Part shown: positions 62,785-64,000 of the stretch, piece after piece
How positions within the stretch are numbered: the first letter of the stretch is position 1
How the letters are laid out: each line of letters begins with the position of its first letter
Source: Lingula anatina
Taxonomy: Eukaryota; Animalia; Brachiopoda
Assembly (NCBI GenBank): GCA_051362555.1
Contig: CM120647.1
Location: 5,270,001-5,334,000, forward strand
Direction: 5' to 3'
DNA: 64,000 nt
Made by a program: the position numbers and the translations under genes
Notes under the pieces: generated by a model
What the model was told of the DNA's origin: nothing
The model's input: only the letters and a program-made list of their open reading frames with translations
The model's database searches: none

Positions 62785-63030
62785 ATCGCAGTTTAAACAG
62801 ACATTTCATTGACCAAACCAAAAAACAGCATTTCATTATGTACTCATATTGCACTCCAGTTGACGGCGGATGGTGCACGTACAGCGATTGGACTGATTGC
62901 TCAGTGACTTGTGAAAATGGTACAAAGACACGCTCTAGGGAGTGCAAATGTCCTGAACCCGCCTACGGTGGCGCCACCTGTGTGGGTGCAGAAACCGAGA
63001 CACAGTCTTGTAGTGGTCCCCCTTGCCCAG
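55879..63030 (+). CDS. Paralog B (3' incomplete): same secreted integrin-beta-like/TSP1 protein, 12 exons visible
   Basis: Exons 55879(or 55891)-55948, 57567-57638, 58222-58347, 58481-58613, 59063-59203, 59374-59512, 60102-60257, 60777-60904, 61140-61295, 61638-61675, 62516-62695, 62860-63030; open frame with same phases as paralog A; exon 2 donor is inferred (cryptic site). Confidence 0.82.
56500..57080 (-). mobile_element. Decayed Tc1-like fragment in paralog B intron 1
   Basis: Absent from paralog A intron 1; minus strand gives remnants resembling RKPLL and V..SNE..F segments. Confidence 0.45.
57567..57638 (+). CDS. Paralog B exon 2 (SHFRFATISCRP), extended by 12 nt
   Basis: tttcag acceptor; donor used in A is absent; in-phase gtgaga at 57639. 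Confidence 0.68.
58222..58613 (+). CDS. Paralog B exons 3 (58222-58347) and 4 (58481-58613)
   Basis: Homologous to 5308-5433 and 5570-5699 with intact GT-AG sites. Confidence 0.82.
59063..59512 (+). CDS. Paralog B exons 5 (59063-59203) and 6 (59374-59512)
   Basis: [12 protein letters not shown] and [11 protein letters not shown] motifs, intact splice sites. Confidence 0.85.
60102..61675 (+). CDS. Paralog B exons 7-10 (60102-60257, 60777-60904, 61140-61295, 61638-61675)
   Basis: Same lengths and phases as paralog A exons 7-10. Confidence 0.83.
62516..63030 (+). CDS. Paralog B TSP1 exons (62516-62695, 62860-63030)
   Basis: [21 protein letters not shown]; 180 and 171 nt, phase 1-1. Confidence 0.87.
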
Positions 63031-63049
63031 GTAATGATCTCTCTCTCTT

Positions 63050-63097
<48 letters not shown>

Positions 63098-63165
63098 ATC
63101 GCAGTTAAAATAGAAATTTCATAGGTAAAACCTTATTATATGTATTACCTTCCTTTATGTACTTA

Positions 63166-64000
63166 CAGCATTGGTCAAAAAGGTTGTCCCACCCCCATTT
63201 CCATGTACTTTTATTTACAAATGAACACCTTACAGGTGTAAATTGTTATACACGGTGCTTTTTATTCCAGATACTATGTCTAATGTGATTAATGACACAA
63301 AATAATACAAAATAGTGGTGTGAATATGCACATTTTATACCATTTAGTCAAATTTATAACAGGTACCCCCTCAAATCCAATGTTTCACTGTGATTTCCAC
63401 AGATGTAAAGAAATGTCTATTAAATTAAAATGACGCCATCAAATGTCACCAAGTTTACAAACAATTAGCATTAGGGTGTGCTTGTTAAAGATCACGTGCC
63501 TAATAGCATGTGCATCTACCGCGCACTTCAATTATTTCCTGTAGATGGCGCGACAAGCCTTCAACAAGGGTAATGATTCTGTTTTGTGGGATATTGCCCC
63601 ATCCATCCTAAAGAGCGTGGCCGAATTTGTCCAGATTATTTTAGAATTGGTTCTCCTCTGCATTGCACACTCCAATTCCTGTCTCAGGTGATTAGTAAGG
63701 TTAATATCAGGGCTCAAATATGGTGGTTCCATCCTTGGAACATTGTATTTCTGCAACAAATAACTTGCCAGACGAGACCTGTGAGCAAGTGCGTTGTCAC
63801 AATAAAGCCGGTATCATCCCTGAAGTCACCTCTTGCAAATGGAGTGAGCGATCTGTTGAGAATTATACCGTAAAATGACCCAGTTACGTCCAAATGCCGA
63901 CTGATCTAACACCTCAGGCAATATTATTCTGCATACACCCTTCCAAGAGGCATTTTTCAACATGTCTACGGACCCTTATTTGACCATCGATGGGATACAA
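63166..64000 (-). mobile_element. Tc1/mariner element (3' end), continues past window
   Basis: TA|CAGCATTGGTCAAAAAGGTTGTCC terminus; degenerate P..SPDIN...HL..ELE motif. Confidence 0.8.

Noticed and set aside
55879-63030. Paralog B as an uncollapsed haplotype of A
   Set aside because: Roughly 10% intron divergence, different transposon content and heavy exon divergence favour true paralogy; read depth would settle it

Overview
AT-rich, repeat-dense animal genomic DNA (spliceosomal introns, invertebrate-type transposons; a mollusc-like lophotrochozoan is my guess, not provable here). It holds two tandem + strand paralogs of one multi-exon gene for a secreted Cys-rich protein. Copy A (3437-33028, 17 coding exons, about 767 aa by my splice model) has a signal peptide, an 'SHFR...[12 protein letters not shown]...[11 protein letters not shown]...[10 protein letters not shown]' region resembling invertebrate 'integrin beta-like/Sib-like' proteins, five thrombospondin type-1 (TSP1) exons and a short Cys-rich, possibly SUEL-lectin-like C-terminus. 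Copy B (55879 onward, 12 exons visible) runs off the window. The paralogs show amino-acid-changing hypervariable patches in the N-terminal exons, an expandable array of TSP1 exons with an extra Cys pair, and several splice-site turnover events. Introns and intergenic DNA carry a near-full-length L1/Tx1 LINE with 15-bp TSD, decayed Tc1/mariner, RTE/CR1-like and Penelope fragments, a young foldback element with 9-bp TSD, several MITEs and a multi-kb non-autonomous TA-flanked element present in rearranged copies. All exon models and counts were made by eye; no database search was run.
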